From Dehalococcoidia bacterium (GTDB taxonomy: Bacteria > Chloroflexota > Dehalococcoidia > Bin125): 64,000 nucleotides of DNA. The notes under the pieces are model-generated. The model saw nothing but the letters and a program-made list of their open reading frames with translations, ran no database searches and was not told where the DNA came from. Numbering within the stretch: the first letter of the stretch is position 1; every line of letters starts with the position of its first letter. Location: positions 2,106,762-2,170,761 of the forward strand of contig OZ253456.1 in assembly GCA_965261225.1 (NCBI GenBank), written 5' to 3'. Made by a program: the position numbers and the translations under genes. Below, one piece after another: positions 1 through 11,229 of this stretch.

Positions 1-867
1 CCCGAGCTCCTCCCGAACCTTGAGAAACAACCGCGAACTCATCCCGTCGCCCAGCATGGCCGTCAACAGCGCCAACGCATGGCGGTCCGGATGCTGCGAC
101 GTCAACGCCGGCAACCCAACGCAAATCTGGGTTTGCTCGGTCTCCTTGATCCGCACGGACACACGGTCGCCGTCCGCCGACAGCGGAGCCAACCTCCGCT
201 CATCCGCATCCCCAGGCGACCAGCGCTGCGTCAGCGCCGACACACGGGCCAGCACGGCGTCCGTGTCGATCTCACCCGCCACCGAGACCAGCGTGTTACC
301 CGGCGAATACTGCGACCGCCAGTACGACACTGTCTCCTCGTACGGAATCGCGTTCACCGACTCCGGCGTTCCAGCGATATCGCGTCCCAGCGGCGTGCCG
401 CGCCACATCAGCTCGGTCAACAGCTCCCCAACGAGTTGGTACGGCGAATCTTCCACCTGCGCCAGCTCCTCAAGGATGACCGAGCGTTCCTTCTCCAGTT
501 CAGCTCGCTCAAACTTCGGCCGGCAGACCATGTCGACGATCACATCGACAGCGGTCTCCCAGTCGGGACCGGGAACTTTTGCGTAGTAGACGGTCAGTTC
601 GCGGTCTGTACCGGCATTGATGAATCCGCCGACACCCTCAATCGCCGTAGAAATGTCCGCCGGCGACGGATGCATCTCAGATCCCTTGAACACGCAGTGC
701 TCAACCAGGTGCGATACCCCAGCCAGCTCATCCGGCTCGTACTGCGATCCGGCGCCCACGTAAAACGAGATCGACGCCGAGCGCGCCGATGCCATCGGCG
801 CGCACAGGACGCGCAGCCCGTTGTCCAGGACCGTGATTGTTGGCGCTCCGTCCGGCGCGGGCGCCAC
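1..867 (-). CDS. M16 family zinc metallopeptidase (insulinase/pitrilysin-like), N-terminal part; gene continues beyond window start
   Basis: My own minus-strand translation from ~867 down to 1 is an uninterrupted frame: ..APDGAPTITVLDNGLRVLCAP..GVSHLVEHCVFKGS..ELEKERSVILEEL..ALLTAMLGDGMSSRLF... It contains the inverted zinc motif HxxEH (HLVEH). It is absent from the ORF track because it has no in-window stop and a probable GTG start at ~867 or 882. It overlaps the MBL gene stop by a few nt. Confidence 0.75.
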   Translation of the reverse strand, partial: MAPAPDGAPTITVLDNGLRVLCAPMASARSASISFYVGAGSQYEPDELAGVSHLVEHCVFKGSEMHPSPADISTAIEGVGGFINAGTDRELTVYYAKVPGPDWETAVDVIVDMVCRPKFERAELEKERSVILEELAQVEDSPYQLVGELLTELMWRGTPLGRDIAGTPESVNAIPYEETVSYWRSQYSPGNTLVSVAGEIDTDAVLARVSALTQRWSPGDADERRLAPLSADGDRVSVRIKETEQTQICVGLPALTSQHPDRHALALLTAMLGDGMSSRLFLKVREELG

Positions 868-1586
868 TACTCCGCCCCCCACGTGGTGTCGCCGGAAGCG
901 TCATCGCGGACGATGCTGTGCGCCATCGCGCCACGCACGAATTCGTCAATAGACGCGCCGATCGTGGTGTCGTCCCCATGTCCATTGAACGTCAAGGTCT
1001 TCTCAGGCAGCCCGTAGAGCTTCGTCACAATCGATCGCACTTCCTGGGTCACCTGCGGCATCCCACGAGTGTTGCCGGGACCGCCAGGGAACAACGTGTC
1101 GCCCACGACACAGTAGGGATCATCCTCCTCGGCGTTGTAGTACGAGACGCAGCCGGTCGTATGACCTGGCGTGTGCAGCACCTCGAACTCCGAACCGCCG
1201 AGGAGAATCGTCTCACCGCCCTGGAGGTGGATGTCGATCTCGAGGTCGGTCTCCAGCCAGGGATGCTGCTCATCTGCGACGGTGTCCAACGTGTGCATGT
1301 AGAACGGCACATTCGGCCCCAGCCTCTCGCGCAGCTCGTGGTACGACTTGATGTGATCGGGATGCGAGTGCGTGAACAGCACCATCTTCGGCGTCGCGCC
1401 TGAATCTTCGACGCCCGCCATCACCAGCTCATGCTGCGCCACGGCGTCGATAATCGCCGCGTCGCCCGTTCCTTTGTCAACCAGCACAAAGGCGTTGTTC
1501 TCAAACGGACCCCACGACATCTGCATCACCACCACGCGCGAATACACTCGCAACAAACGCGATTCCACGTGCAGTTCCATACTCAT
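867..1586 (-). CDS. MBL-fold metallo-hydrolase (glyoxalase II-like)
   Basis: The track ORF 867..1679 carries the THSHPDH (HxHxDH) metal-binding motif and HTPGHTTGC. The N-terminal 31 aa of the track ORF look like spurious read-through, so the start is placed at the ATG of MSMELHV. Confidence 0.8.
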   Translation of the reverse strand: MSMELHVESRLLRVYSRVVVMQMSWGPFENNAFVLVDKGTGDAAIIDAVAQHELVMAGVEDSGATPKMVLFTHSHPDHIKSYHELRERLGPNVPFYMHTLDTVADEQHPWLETDLEIDIHLQGGETILLGGSEFEVLHTPGHTTGCVSYYNAEEDDPYCVVGDTLFPGGPGNTRGMPQVTQEVRSIVTKLYGLPEKTLTFNGHGDDTTIGASIDEFVRGAMAHSIVRDDASGDTTWGAE

Positions 1587-1651
1587 GACCCACTCCAATC
1601 TGTCAGCCATCTGCCAACTGTTCGCAGCATAGCCAGCCCCTAGGATCTTCC

Positions 1652-2980
1652 ATGACCAGCACCACACCCATTGCCGCACTCAGCGACGTCTTGCCCCTGA
1701 CTGCCAAGGCCGACGCAGACGGCGTCCTCGAAATTGGCGGATGCAACGTCCGCGACCTGGCCAAGGAGTTCGGCACCCCGCTCTACATCTACGACGAGCA
1801 CACCATCCGCGAGACCTGCCGGGCCTACCTACGCGAGTTCCAGGCTCAACTGGCCGGCGCCCGCGCCCATTACGCCGGGAAGGCGTGGCTCAATCCGGCC
1901 CTCACGAGAATCCTCGTCGAAGAGGGGTTCGGTCTCGATGTCGTTTCCGCAGGAGAGCTCCACGTCGCCCTCGCTGGCGGAATGGACCCGGAACACATCG
2001 CGTTCCACGGGAATGGAAAAACTCGAGACGAACTCGAATACGCCCTGGACAAGGGCATCGGCCGCATCATGGTCGACAACGACGACGAACTTGGCCTCTT
2101 GGATCAACTGACCACCGAACGGGCACGGGAGCAGCGCATCATGCTGCGCATCACTCCTGGCGTTGACGCACAGACTCACGCCAAAACCACGACCGGCCTG
2201 CGCGACAGCAAGTTCGGCTTCCCGCTGCCCTCGGGCCAGGCCGAGGCTGCGGTCGTACGCGCGATGGCAGCGCCCTTCCTCGACCTCACCGGCCTCCACA
2301 TCCATCTCGGATCGCCGCTCTTCAACGTCGAGCCCTACGCCGACGGCATCGCTACCATTGGCCGGTTCGCCGCCGAGATGAAGCAGCGCCACGGCTATGT
2401 GTGGCGCGAGTTCTCGCCCGGCGGCGGCATGGCTCTGACCTACACCGCCGACCGCGTCGCACCCGAGACCGACCGATACGCCGTCGAGATCGCCAACGCC
2501 ATTCACACCGCTTGTGATACGCACGGTCTGCCGATGCCCGATGTCCACATCGAACCGGGACGCTCAGTCGTCGGACGCGCCGGTGTCGCGCTTTACACGG
2601 TCGTGAGCCGCAAACACATCCCCGAGACCCGTAATTATGTCACTGTCGACGGCGGCATGGCCGACAACATCCGACCGGCGATGTACGAGTCGAAGTACGA
2701 AGCCGCCGCCGCAGAGCAAATGCACACCGCACCCAGCCTGGTCGCCACCATCGCGGGCAAGTTCTGCGAATCCGGCGATATCCTCGTCCGCGACGCCAAC
2801 TTACCCTCGCTGCAAGTCGGGGAATTGATCGCCATCCCGGCCAGCGGGGCCTACCAGGTCGCCATGGAGAGCAACTACAACCTTGCCCTCCGCCCGGCCA
2901 TTGTGATGGTCAACGATGGGGACGCCCGCCTCGTACGCCGGCGGCAGACCCTCGACGATTTGCTCCTCCTGGAACAATGA
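1652..2980 (+). CDS. lysA: diaminopimelate decarboxylase
   Basis: 442 aa with the PLP-dependent fold III decarboxylase signature (GTPLYIYDE, HYAGKAW, C-terminal ESGD). Confidence 0.9.
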   Translation: MTSTTPIAALSDVLPLTAKADADGVLEIGGCNVRDLAKEFGTPLYIYDEHTIRETCRAYLREFQAQLAGARAHYAGKAWLNPALTRILVEEGFGLDVVSAGELHVALAGGMDPEHIAFHGNGKTRDELEYALDKGIGRIMVDNDDELGLLDQLTTERAREQRIMLRITPGVDAQTHAKTTTGLRDSKFGFPLPSGQAEAAVVRAMAAPFLDLTGLHIHLGSPLFNVEPYADGIATIGRFAAEMKQRHGYVWREFSPGGGMALTYTADRVAPETDRYAVEIANAIHTACDTHGLPMPDVHIEPGRSVVGRAGVALYTVVSRKHIPETRNYVTVDGGMADNIRPAMYESKYEAAAAEQMHTAPSLVATIAGKFCESGDILVRDANLPSLQVGELIAIPASGAYQVAMESNYNLALRPAIVMVNDGDARLVRRRQTLDDLLLLEQ

Positions 2981-2992
2981 AGTGGAACTCTG

Positions 2993-4108
2993 ATGACCGC
3001 TTCAGTCGAGCCGGACAACCACTGGGGACCGCACGCCGGATCCCTGGCCGGGCACACGTTGACCGCCATGCTTGATGCCGAACGGCTGCCGCACGCCCTG
3101 CTGATCACGGGTCCCGTCGGAGTCGGCAAGCGAGACCTCGCCATTCGCATCGCCCAGACGCTGCTCTGCGATTCAGTCCCTCGCATGAGCCTGGGGCCGT
3201 GTCGCGAGTGCCGCATTTGCCGACGCCTACACGACCCTGCGCAACCCAGCCTCGACCCACAGCACTCCGACGTCGAAATCATCGCGCCCGGTGCGCTGTG
3301 CGTTGAGTCCGACCACGATCACCGCAACTCCCGCACGATAGGCATTTGTGTGATCAGGCGGATTGAGCACGCGGCCACGCTCACTCCGTTCGAAGCCGAA
3401 CGCCGGATCGTCATCATCAACCCGGCCGAGGCGATGACCTCCGACGCGGCCGATGCCTTCCTCAAGACACTGGAAGAACCGCCCGACCGGGTTCACTTCA
3501 TTCTCCTGACTGCACAGGAAGCCCGGCTATCTGAGACGATCCGCTCGCGCTGCCGCACCCTGACGCTGGCCCCGCTTCCGGCAAGTCAACTCGACGACTG
3601 GCTTGAGCAATGGGCCGCCGATGAGGGAGTGGAACTGCCGATCGAGGCCGAACGTCGCGGAGAGCTGGCCCGGCTGGCACGTGGACGCCCCGGCTGGCTG
3701 GAAACCAATTTGCGTGACGGCGATCCCGTCACGCTTCGAGCGGCACAGATCGACGATGCCGTGCGCATCGCCAACGCCGATCGTGCTGAGCGGCTCGCCT
3801 GGTCCGAACAGGTCGTCGGCCGCGGAGCGTCTCCGCAGACCATTGCCAACCTTGAACTCATCCTCGACGCCTGGACCGATTGGTGGCGCGATCTCTGGCT
3901 CACGCAGACCAATCAGATCGGCGCACTGATTCACATCTCACAACGCGACCGGATCAGCCAGGTCGCAGCGCTGTACGATCAACAGGAACTCAGCCAGTTT
4001 CTGGAGCAGATACAACGCACTCGCGCGCTCATTCAAAAGGGCGTCAACGCCCGACTCGCGCTTGACGTGCTCCTCCTTAACATTCCGGTCCCCAGGAAGG
4101 CTCTATGA
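2993..4108 (+). CDS. holB: DNA polymerase III delta-prime subunit
   Basis: HALLITGPVGVGK P-loop-like clamp-loader motif and a CxxC zinc module (CRECRICRR). The stop overlaps the next gene's start (ATGA). Confidence 0.8.
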   Translation: MTASVEPDNHWGPHAGSLAGHTLTAMLDAERLPHALLITGPVGVGKRDLAIRIAQTLLCDSVPRMSLGPCRECRICRRLHDPAQPSLDPQHSDVEIIAPGALCVESDHDHRNSRTIGICVIRRIEHAATLTPFEAERRIVIINPAEAMTSDAADAFLKTLEEPPDRVHFILLTAQEARLSETIRSRCRTLTLAPLPASQLDDWLEQWAADEGVELPIEAERRGELARLARGRPGWLETNLRDGDPVTLRAAQIDDAVRIANADRAERLAWSEQVVGRGASPQTIANLELILDAWTDWWRDLWLTQTNQIGALIHISQRDRISQVAALYDQQELSQFLEQIQRTRALIQKGVNARLALDVLLLNIPVPRKAL

Positions 4109-5520
4109 ATCAACAGACCGACGAGGGCCCCGCTGCACAAGTGACGGCCGAAACCGCGCAAGACGAACCCGCTGATCCGACTGAATCCGACTCACCTACC
4201 AACCAGCCAGCCGACTCGCTGTCCGAACCGGACTCCAGCCTGGACGCTGACCCGCAGGTGGTGATTGGCATCAGGATCCGGGAAGCCTCACGGATCTACC
4301 ATTTCTCAGCGCCGAAAGACCGCGTGTTCGCCGGCGATTATGTCGTGGTCGACCGCGCACGAGGAGATCAACTCGCTCGCGTCGTCACCGTGCCCGATCC
4401 CGACGAGCCATCCAAGGCCATGCCCCGGGATGTCCGTCCGATCGTCCGTCTCGCCGACGCAGATGACCGAGAACGAGCCGAACATCAAACCCGGCGCGCC
4501 GACGAGATCCTGCAGGACATGCGCACTGCCGCCGTTCGGCAGGACATGGGCCTGTACCCAGTCGCTGTGGAACTGAACCTCGACGGCGACCAGGGCACCG
4601 CCTGGTTCCAGGCGCCTGACCATGTCGACTTCCGCCCGCTGGTCAGTGAAGTCCAGGACAAGCACGACGTCCGCCTCAACATGCAACAGGCCAATCAGCG
4701 CGAGCGCGCCCAACTGGTCGACGGCTACGACATCTGCGGCCTCAGACTTTGTTGCTCAAGTTGGATGACCGAGTTCCCGCACGTCGGCATTCGCGTCGCC
4801 AAGGACCAGGACCTGTCACTCAACCCCGACAGCATCTCCGGAGTCTGCGGGCGTCTGCTCTGTTGCCTCACCTTCGAGCACGAGGTCTACCGCGAGATGC
4901 GCGGTTCCATGCCCCGCGTGGGTAAGCGAGTCAGCACACCGGCAGGCATGGGCAAGGTAATCAAGCTCCACGTCCTGAAGCAGAAGGTCACAATCGCACT
5001 CGACGATCATTCGCAGCGCGTCGATGTACCAGCCGCTGAAATCGGCATGGCTGTGCGCACCGAGGATGCGCCCAACCAGGCGCTGATCGATGCCGAACGA
5101 GTGCAGCAGGAAGACGACGCCCAGGCAGCCGCGCTGCGTCAGGCCGCTGCTCCTGCATCGGCGGACGGGGAATCCGAGTCGCCTGCCGAACAATCTGGTC
5201 GTCGCGGACGACGGCGTTCTCGCAACCCGCAATCGGGTCACGACTCCGGCCGGCGCGATGGTGACGAACGCCAGCGTGCGCAGCCGGCGACAGCCGCAGA
5301 TCAACAAGGGGAAGCAACCGAGAGGCGACCCTCACGCAGGCGACGACGGCGCAAGCAGCAGGTCGTCAACCAGCAACAGGGGGGTCCATCTCCCGAGCCG
5401 CAGGAATCCTCCGGGCCCCAACAGAGGCCCGACGGGGGCGAGCGCCGGCCGCGAAGACGTCGGAGGCGTTCTCGCCAACCGGTCAATCAGCCCGAACGGC
5501 CCAGCGACTCGTCGGAATAG
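4105..5520 (+). CDS. yaaT: PSP1 C-terminal domain protein RicT/YaaT with ~150 aa Arg-rich disordered C-terminal tail
   Basis: ICGLRLCCSSW..VAKDQDLSLNPDSISGVCGRLLCCLTFEHE matches the conserved B. subtilis YaaT core (GRMLCCSTF..AKDQNLSLNPTKISGLCGRLMCCL). The holB-yaaT adjacency is conserved in Firmicutes and relatives. The C-terminus (~5060-5520) is RR/RS/PQ low complexity. Confidence 0.85.
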   Translation: MNQQTDEGPAAQVTAETAQDEPADPTESDSPTNQPADSLSEPDSSLDADPQVVIGIRIREASRIYHFSAPKDRVFAGDYVVVDRARGDQLARVVTVPDPDEPSKAMPRDVRPIVRLADADDRERAEHQTRRADEILQDMRTAAVRQDMGLYPVAVELNLDGDQGTAWFQAPDHVDFRPLVSEVQDKHDVRLNMQQANQRERAQLVDGYDICGLRLCCSSWMTEFPHVGIRVAKDQDLSLNPDSISGVCGRLLCCLTFEHEVYREMRGSMPRVGKRVSTPAGMGKVIKLHVLKQKVTIALDDHSQRVDVPAAEIGMAVRTEDAPNQALIDAERVQQEDDAQAAALRQAAAPASADGESESPAEQSGRRGRRRSRNPQSGHDSGRRDGDERQRAQPATAADQQGEATERRPSRRRRRRKQQVVNQQQGGPSPEPQESSGPQQRPDGGERRPRRRRRRSRQPVNQPERPSDSSE

Positions 5521-5549
5521 GGCGCTCGGAACGCTCTGAACAACTCTGA

Positions 5550-5775
5550 TCCCCTCTCCCCCTCCCCCTTGCGGGGGGAGATGTCACGGAGTGACAGAGT
5601 GGCATCCTCCGCCAGCGACCAGATAGGACTTGAGATGGGGAGCCCCCCCTCTGCCTACGGCATCTCCCCCGCGAGGGGGGGGGAGAACAGGACTTACGCA
5701 AAGGTCACCTCGCGGAGGAAGCTGCCGAAAGCCTGCACCCGGCTTCAACTGGGGGCTGAAGGGGTCCCGATCAGC
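5550..5775. repeat. nested GC-rich palindromic intergenic element (BIME/MITE-like), family copy 1
   Basis: Hairpins CTCCCCCTTGCGGGGGGAG and TCTCCCCCGCGAGGGGGGGGAGA, plus a GCAAAGGTC unit and a GCTGCCGAAAGC motif, all shared with the copies at 23.7, 26.9, 44.3, 55.3 and 58.0 kb. Confidence 0.7.
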
Positions 5776-5802
5776 CACTGACGCCGGTTATTCAGAACAC
5801 TC

Positions 5803-6764
5803 CTAAATCCCGAACTCGTCCTGGTCCTCTTCGTCCTTCGCGCTGTCGCCGCCCATCAGAGCAGCGAGGGCGGCGAGCTGCTCTTCGTCGTACCAATACA
5901 CGATGATCCGGCCGCCGCTTTCCGGTCCCTTGGCCCCGACGCGAACCTCTACCTTCGTCCCCAGCGCCGACTCCAGGCGCTGCATCGCGTTCAGCACAGA
6001 CGGCGAGGACTCGAACTCGGCGGGTGGCACGGTCTCCGGCTCCACCAACGTGCGTACTGCCGCTTCGAGCTTCCTCACGGTCCAACCTGACTTCGCCGAG
6101 CGCTCGGCCAGAGTGATTCGTTCGGATTCCGGCGCTCCCAGCAACGCGCGACCGTGCCCCTCGCTCAATGAGCCGGAGGCGATCATGGACTGCACCACGT
6201 CCGGCAACCGCCGCAACCTCACCACATTTGCCACCGAGACCCGGCTCTTACCTACTTCCTTCGCGATATCTTCCTGGGTCCAGCCGGCATCCGACAACTG
6301 TTCAAACGCCGTCGCCATCTCAATCGGATTGAGGTCCGCGCGCTGCAAATTCTCGACCAGCGCCAGGGTAAGGCGTTCCTCAGCGGTGTCAGCGTCTTCC
6401 TGGACAACGATCGGCACGGTGTCCAACCCGGCCAACCCAGCGGCTCGCCAACGCCGCTCGCCTGCAATCAACTCGTACTGGCCTGCCTCGGAACGCTGCA
6501 CCAGCAGCGGCTGCAAAATCCCATGCTCACGGATGCTGGCCGCCAGTTCCTCCAACTGCTCCTGATCAAACTCCTGCCGAGGCTGCGATGGATTCGCTGA
6601 AATCGATCCAATCGGCGCGCGCAGCTGTCCGTCGGCGGTATCGCCCATCGGCGCAGCCGGAATCAGTGAATCGAGTCCCCGACTCAATCCTCGCCTCCGA
6701 TCGCGTTCCAACCCTTCAAGCGGCCGGGTACCGAATGTCGTCACTCGCGGTGCTTCTGCCTTAC

Positions 6765-6768
<4 letters not shown>
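5803..6768 (-). CDS. parB: chromosome partitioning protein ParB/Spo0J
   Basis: ParB N-terminal box (GERRWRAAGLAGL) and HTH. It overlaps the parA stop. Confidence 0.9.
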
Positions 6769-7571
<803 letters not shown>

Positions 7572-7673
7572 GTCAGCGCGCCTCCGACAGCTCCGAGGAC
7601 AGACGGTTTGCCCGCCCCATCAACCGCCTGCGTCTGAGGATAACGGTCAACCCGTTACGTCGGGTAGTCGGAG

Positions 7674-8837
7674 CTAATCGTCACGGCGCAGAATTCGTAC
7701 ACGGCGCGACGTGCCCTCGCCGTACGACTCGGTCTTGAGTTCCGGATCGTCCTGCAACTGGAGGTGAATGATTCGTCGCTCTGCGGCCGGCATCACGCCC
7801 AGCGTGACCGGTTCGCCACGATCTCGCACTTCCGACGCCGCGCGCTGGGCCATCTCCAGCAATGCGGTCTCGCGACGACGGCGGTAGCCATCGACATCAA
7901 CGGTCACCGGGTTGTTGCCATCCAGGGCGCGGCTCACGATCACATTGACGACGTACTGCAGCGCAGCCACATGGGCTCCATGACGTCCAATCAGCAGCCC
8001 GAGATCCTCGTCGCCGACCGGCTTGATGTCGAGTACTGCCACGGCGTGTCCCAGGCCGTCCATCGGCGTCTCAGGCTCGCGTGCTGTGACCTGTACGTCG
8101 AAACCGAGCTGATGCGCGATATCGGTCAGCACCTCGACCGCGAACTGCTTCGGAACACTGTTCGGCTCAAAATCTGGGTCGGCGAGTAACTCGAATGGAG
8201 CGAGAGGCGCCCGTGCCGGCTGTCGTTCCCGCTCCGATTCGCGCTCACCTCGCCAGCCGCGATCGGCCGATCGGCCGCGCTCCGTTGAGCGGCCGCGCTC
8301 GCCCGATCGGTCGCGCTCGCCTGATCGGCCACGCTCGGCTGATCGGCCACGCTCGGCTGATCGGCCGGGTCCCCGATCGCGATCACCACGACCGCCAGAG
8401 GAGCCGCCCTCAGGTCGGGACCGGGAACGGTGATCCGGCTGAACTTCTCGCTTAACTTCATCCGAGCCGGAGCGCTCTGTCGAGGGTTGCACGACAGGCC
8501 GTTGGCCCGAAGGCCGACGGCTTGGGCCGGAGCGTCCGCCGCGGCTGCCCCGCTCGGACCGTTGCCCGGGTTCCAGCTCGGTCAGATCGGAGTAATCGTC
8601 AATTCTCGGAAGCGCTGGCGCGTCCGATCTGCGACTTGAGCCTCGATTGCTCGCCCTGGGAGTCACACGGACCATCGATTGGGCGTGACCAATGCCGAAA
8701 ATTCCGGTTCGGCCCTCATCCAGTACTTCGACCTCCACCTGTGCGCGCGAAAGTCCGAGCCGACGCAGCGCCGATTGCACCGCGTCGTCCACGGTTCGTC
8801 CCGATTGCTCAATCGCATCCCTGTTCGCCATTGCCAC
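7674..8837 (-). CDS. jag: Jag/KhpB (Jag_N + KH + R3H domain RNA-binding protein) with a long internal RS/RG/ER repeat linker
   Basis: Jag N-terminal region MANRDAIEQSGRTVDDAVQSALRRLG, a C-terminal KH-R3H region (..GEPVTLGVMPAAERRIIH..), and its position downstream of yidC. The linker is a (RSAERG)n insertion. Confidence 0.8.
   Translation of the reverse strand: MAMANRDAIEQSGRTVDDAVQSALRRLGLSRAQVEVEVLDEGRTGIFGIGHAQSMVRVTPRASNRGSSRRSDAPALPRIDDYSDLTELEPGQRSERGSRGGRSGPSRRPSGQRPVVQPSTERSGSDEVKREVQPDHRSRSRPEGGSSGGRGDRDRGPGRSAERGRSAERGRSGERDRSGERGRSTERGRSADRGWRGERESERERQPARAPLAPFELLADPDFEPNSVPKQFAVEVLTDIAHQLGFDVQVTAREPETPMDGLGHAVAVLDIKPVGDEDLGLLIGRHGAHVAALQYVVNVIVSRALDGNNPVTVDVDGYRRRRETALLEMAQRAASEVRDRGEPVTLGVMPAAERRIIHLQLQDDPELKTESYGEGTSRRVRILRRDD
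8255..8370. repeat. 18-nt tandem repeat (~6 units, consensus CGCTCGGCTGATCGGCCA) inside jag encoding (RSAERG)n
   Basis: Visible direct repetition in the DNA. The translated linker is ERGRSAERGRSGERDRSGERGRSTERGRSADRG. Confidence 0.7.
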
Positions 8838-8922
8838 TTCTCCAACTAGAACGCATTTCAGGCTGCGCCGGTACAGCGCTCACAGCGCGACGGCGCACAG
8901 CCCGATGAACTCACATTTCGAC

Positions 8923-9885
8923 TCAACGCGACCGATTCGCTCGCCGCCTCCGTTGTCTTCGGCGCCGCGCCGCGCTGGTCTGCCGCCGAGGCGGACGCTC
9001 CGATTGCGGCGTTGACTCGCCGTCTCCGTCGCCGTCGTCCGCTTCGACTGTCTCAGCCGTGGCGGTGACCACCGCTGTTCCGCCTCCGGCGGCTGCAACG
9101 GCAGCGGCAGGCGTGGGAAGCGGTTCAGACGACAACAGCCACTTCCACGACCAGGTCAGTCCCTGTCGGTAGAAGTAGTAGTAGTACGACGTGATGATCG
9201 TGAAAACCGATGTCACCAGCCAGTACAGACCGAGACCCGCGGGCACCTGCAAGGTGAAGAATCCAAACATGAACGGCATCATCCACAACATGGTGCGGTT
9301 CATCGACTCGGAGCGCTCATCGCGCGGGCCCATCCGAGCCGTAGAGACCTTTTGCTGGATGTACGCCGTGGCGCCAACCAGGATGGCCAGCGGCAACGAC
9401 TGCTCAAGCGACGACGAGCCCAGGTCCCAGAAGAGGAACTCGCGGTTAATCGGAATCGCCGAGGTGATGTATGCCCAGTCGTAGAGGTCGGCCGACAGGC
9501 GCAGCAACTGTTCGGGTGTATCACCCAACGTTCGTCGCAATACCTGGTAGAGCGCGATCCAGATCGGCATCTGCACCAGCAGCGGCCAGAGGCAACCGAG
9601 CGGATTGAAGCCCGCCTCGCGGTAGACCTTCATCAACTCTTCCTGGCGCCGCTTGGGATCCTTGTACTTCTTCTGGATCTCCTGCATCCGCGGCTGCATC
9701 TCCTGCATGCCGCGCGTCGCGCGCAACTGGCGCAGTGTGAGCGGATAGGTGATCACGCGCACAATCAACGTGAACAGGATGATCGCGACGCCGTAGTTGT
9801 CGCTCACCGAATGAGCGAGCACGATCAGCCCGTTCATGATCGGGCCAATCAGAATGTCGTTCCAGATGAAGTCAATAATGTTCAT
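8923..9885 (-). CDS. yidC: membrane protein insertase YidC (short Oxa1/SpoIIIJ-type)
   Basis: 320 aa with multiple TM segments and the conserved YidC/Oxa1 core (VITYPLTLRQ..GCLWPLLVQMPIWIALY). Confidence 0.9.
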   Translation of the reverse strand: MNIIDFIWNDILIGPIMNGLIVLAHSVSDNYGVAIILFTLIVRVITYPLTLRQLRATRGMQEMQPRMQEIQKKYKDPKRRQEELMKVYREAGFNPLGCLWPLLVQMPIWIALYQVLRRTLGDTPEQLLRLSADLYDWAYITSAIPINREFLFWDLGSSSLEQSLPLAILVGATAYIQQKVSTARMGPRDERSESMNRTMLWMMPFMFGFFTLQVPAGLGLYWLVTSVFTIITSYYYYFYRQGLTWSWKWLLSSEPLPTPAAAVAAAGGGTAVVTATAETVEADDGDGDGESTPQSERPPRRQTSAARRRRQRRRRANRSR

Positions 9886-9890
9886 CGTCG

Positions 9891-11174
9891 TTAATTCTGC
9901 GGATACAGCCTGACGGCCTGGTTCGCGCCTAATAACACGGCGTAGAGCACCCCATCCTCGTCGCTGACGAGAATCCGGTCCTCACGCAGGATGGCGTTGG
10001 CCATCAGATCCTTCGCTCCATCGAGCTGGAACTGCCTGAGCGGCGCGCCGTCGGACGCGCTGAGTTGATGAATCATGCCGCCGCGAGCCACGATTACAAG
10101 AATCCCGCCGCCATCGGCCGTTTCCGATTCCTGTTCGACGAACAGCGGCTGAGCGCGGATGCGATCGCCGGCCGGGAACGGCTGCAGCCAGCGCTTGGCG
10201 CCGGTTCGTGCGTCAAATGCGTACACATGGCCGCGTAGGTCGGTCGCGTAAATCACGCCGTCGTGGATCAGCGGCGTTCCCCACAGCCAGTGAGACGCCT
10301 GCGTGGTCCAGATCTGACCACCCGTCGCCGCGTCGAGACCGTAGATCGTGCGGTCCAAACTGCCGACATAGACGATCCCGTCGGCCGCGGTGACCGCGCC
10401 GGCGATCCCGCCGTCAATGTGAATCTGCCAGGCCAACGTTCCCGCTTGCTCGCCCTCAAGGATGAGCGCCGTCACTCGTCCGTCCAGTCCGGCCACGATC
10501 AACAGCTTGCCGCGGTCGGTCTCGACCAGCGCCGGACCGCCCCAAATCTGCATCTCGGAGTCGCCGTCCCAGGTCCAGATCGCCTCACCCGGCTGCTCAA
10601 TATCGACCGCATGCACGCGGTATGAGGTATCGGCGAGATAAGCGAGGCTGCCGTCAACCACCAAGTCGGCGACCAGGCGCGATTCACTGTTGTACACAAC
10701 GCGCGCCGACTCGCCGTCGCGCTGGACGGCATACAGCACGCCGTCCGAATAGCCGGCCAACAGCCATTCGTCGGTCAATTCGACCCAGACCGGGTCGGCG
10801 TAGAACGCGACCGGATCGATTTCCAAGTCGAGCCCGGGGAAACGGCCATCGTCGTCGGGGAATTCCCAGACCGCTGTGCCAATGTTGCCGTCGAGCAGCT
10901 GAATCGCAATCACCTGGTCGTCGCCGGTTGGAGCGATCAGCCGAGTTTCCGGTTCGAATGGGTCCGGCGTCGGCGCCGCCCAGCCGTCAGGTTCATCGGC
11001 GACACTGCACGCGGCCAGCAGCGGGACGGCCAGCAACAGGACCAATGCCAGAGCGAGCGGACGGCCAGGCGGACGGCCAGACGGACGGCCAGACGGACAT
11101 ACTTGCTCTCGCAGCGCCGTCAGTCGGGCTTGAACCGGGCGAAATTGTTTCACGTGAAACAATTTCGCTGCCAT
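9891..11174 (-). CDS. PQQ-repeat beta-propeller lipoprotein (BamB-like fold) inserted between yidD and yidC
   Basis: Repeated PQQ-like motifs (..DGxVYAxDxxTGxxxW..) and a signal peptide with lipobox LLAAC. The start is uncertain: ATG 11174, TTG 11162 or GTG 11153 (inside the palindrome). The track's 11252 start is probably read-through across the yidD stop. A (GGACGGCCAG)x3 tandem repeat encodes PSGRPSGRPPGRP in the n-region. Confidence 0.7.
   Translation of the reverse strand: MAAKLFHVKQFRPVQARLTALREQVCPSGRPSGRPPGRPLALALVLLLAVPLLAACSVADEPDGWAAPTPDPFEPETRLIAPTGDDQVIAIQLLDGNIGTAVWEFPDDDGRFPGLDLEIDPVAFYADPVWVELTDEWLLAGYSDGVLYAVQRDGESARVVYNSESRLVADLVVDGSLAYLADTSYRVHAVDIEQPGEAIWTWDGDSEMQIWGGPALVETDRGKLLIVAGLDGRVTALILEGEQAGTLAWQIHIDGGIAGAVTAADGIVYVGSLDRTIYGLDAATGGQIWTTQASHWLWGTPLIHDGVIYATDLRGHVYAFDARTGAKRWLQPFPAGDRIRAQPLFVEQESETADGGGILVIVARGGMIHQLSASDGAPLRQFQLDGAKDLMANAILREDRILVSDEDGVLYAVLLGANQAVRLYPQN
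11141..11166. promoter_or_regulatory. perfect 26-bp AT-rich palindrome GAAATTGTTTCACGTGAAACAATTTC overlapping the PQQ-lipoprotein start region
   Basis: Read directly from the sequence. It is AT-rich in a 68% GC genome and has a CACGTG core. A second copy lies 90 bp upstream. Confidence 0.5.
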
Positions 11175-11229
11175 CAGTCGCCCGATACCGGCCATCGCGG
11201 CCATCGCGGCCAACAATTTGCCCGACCGG

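Noticed and set aside
20-1017. Track ORFs 20..586(+) and 79..1017(+) as protein-coding genes
   Set aside because: They are Arg/Pro/Ser-rich antisense frames typical of high-GC DNA. The opposite strand encodes a clean M16 peptidase (HLVEH motif) across the same span.
8255-8370. CRISPR array interpretation of the 18-nt tandem repeats in jag, and likewise of the 27-bp repeats at 47234-47346
   Set aside because: The repeats are directly abutting with no spacers, the units are too short, one set lies inside a coding sequence, and there are no cas genes.
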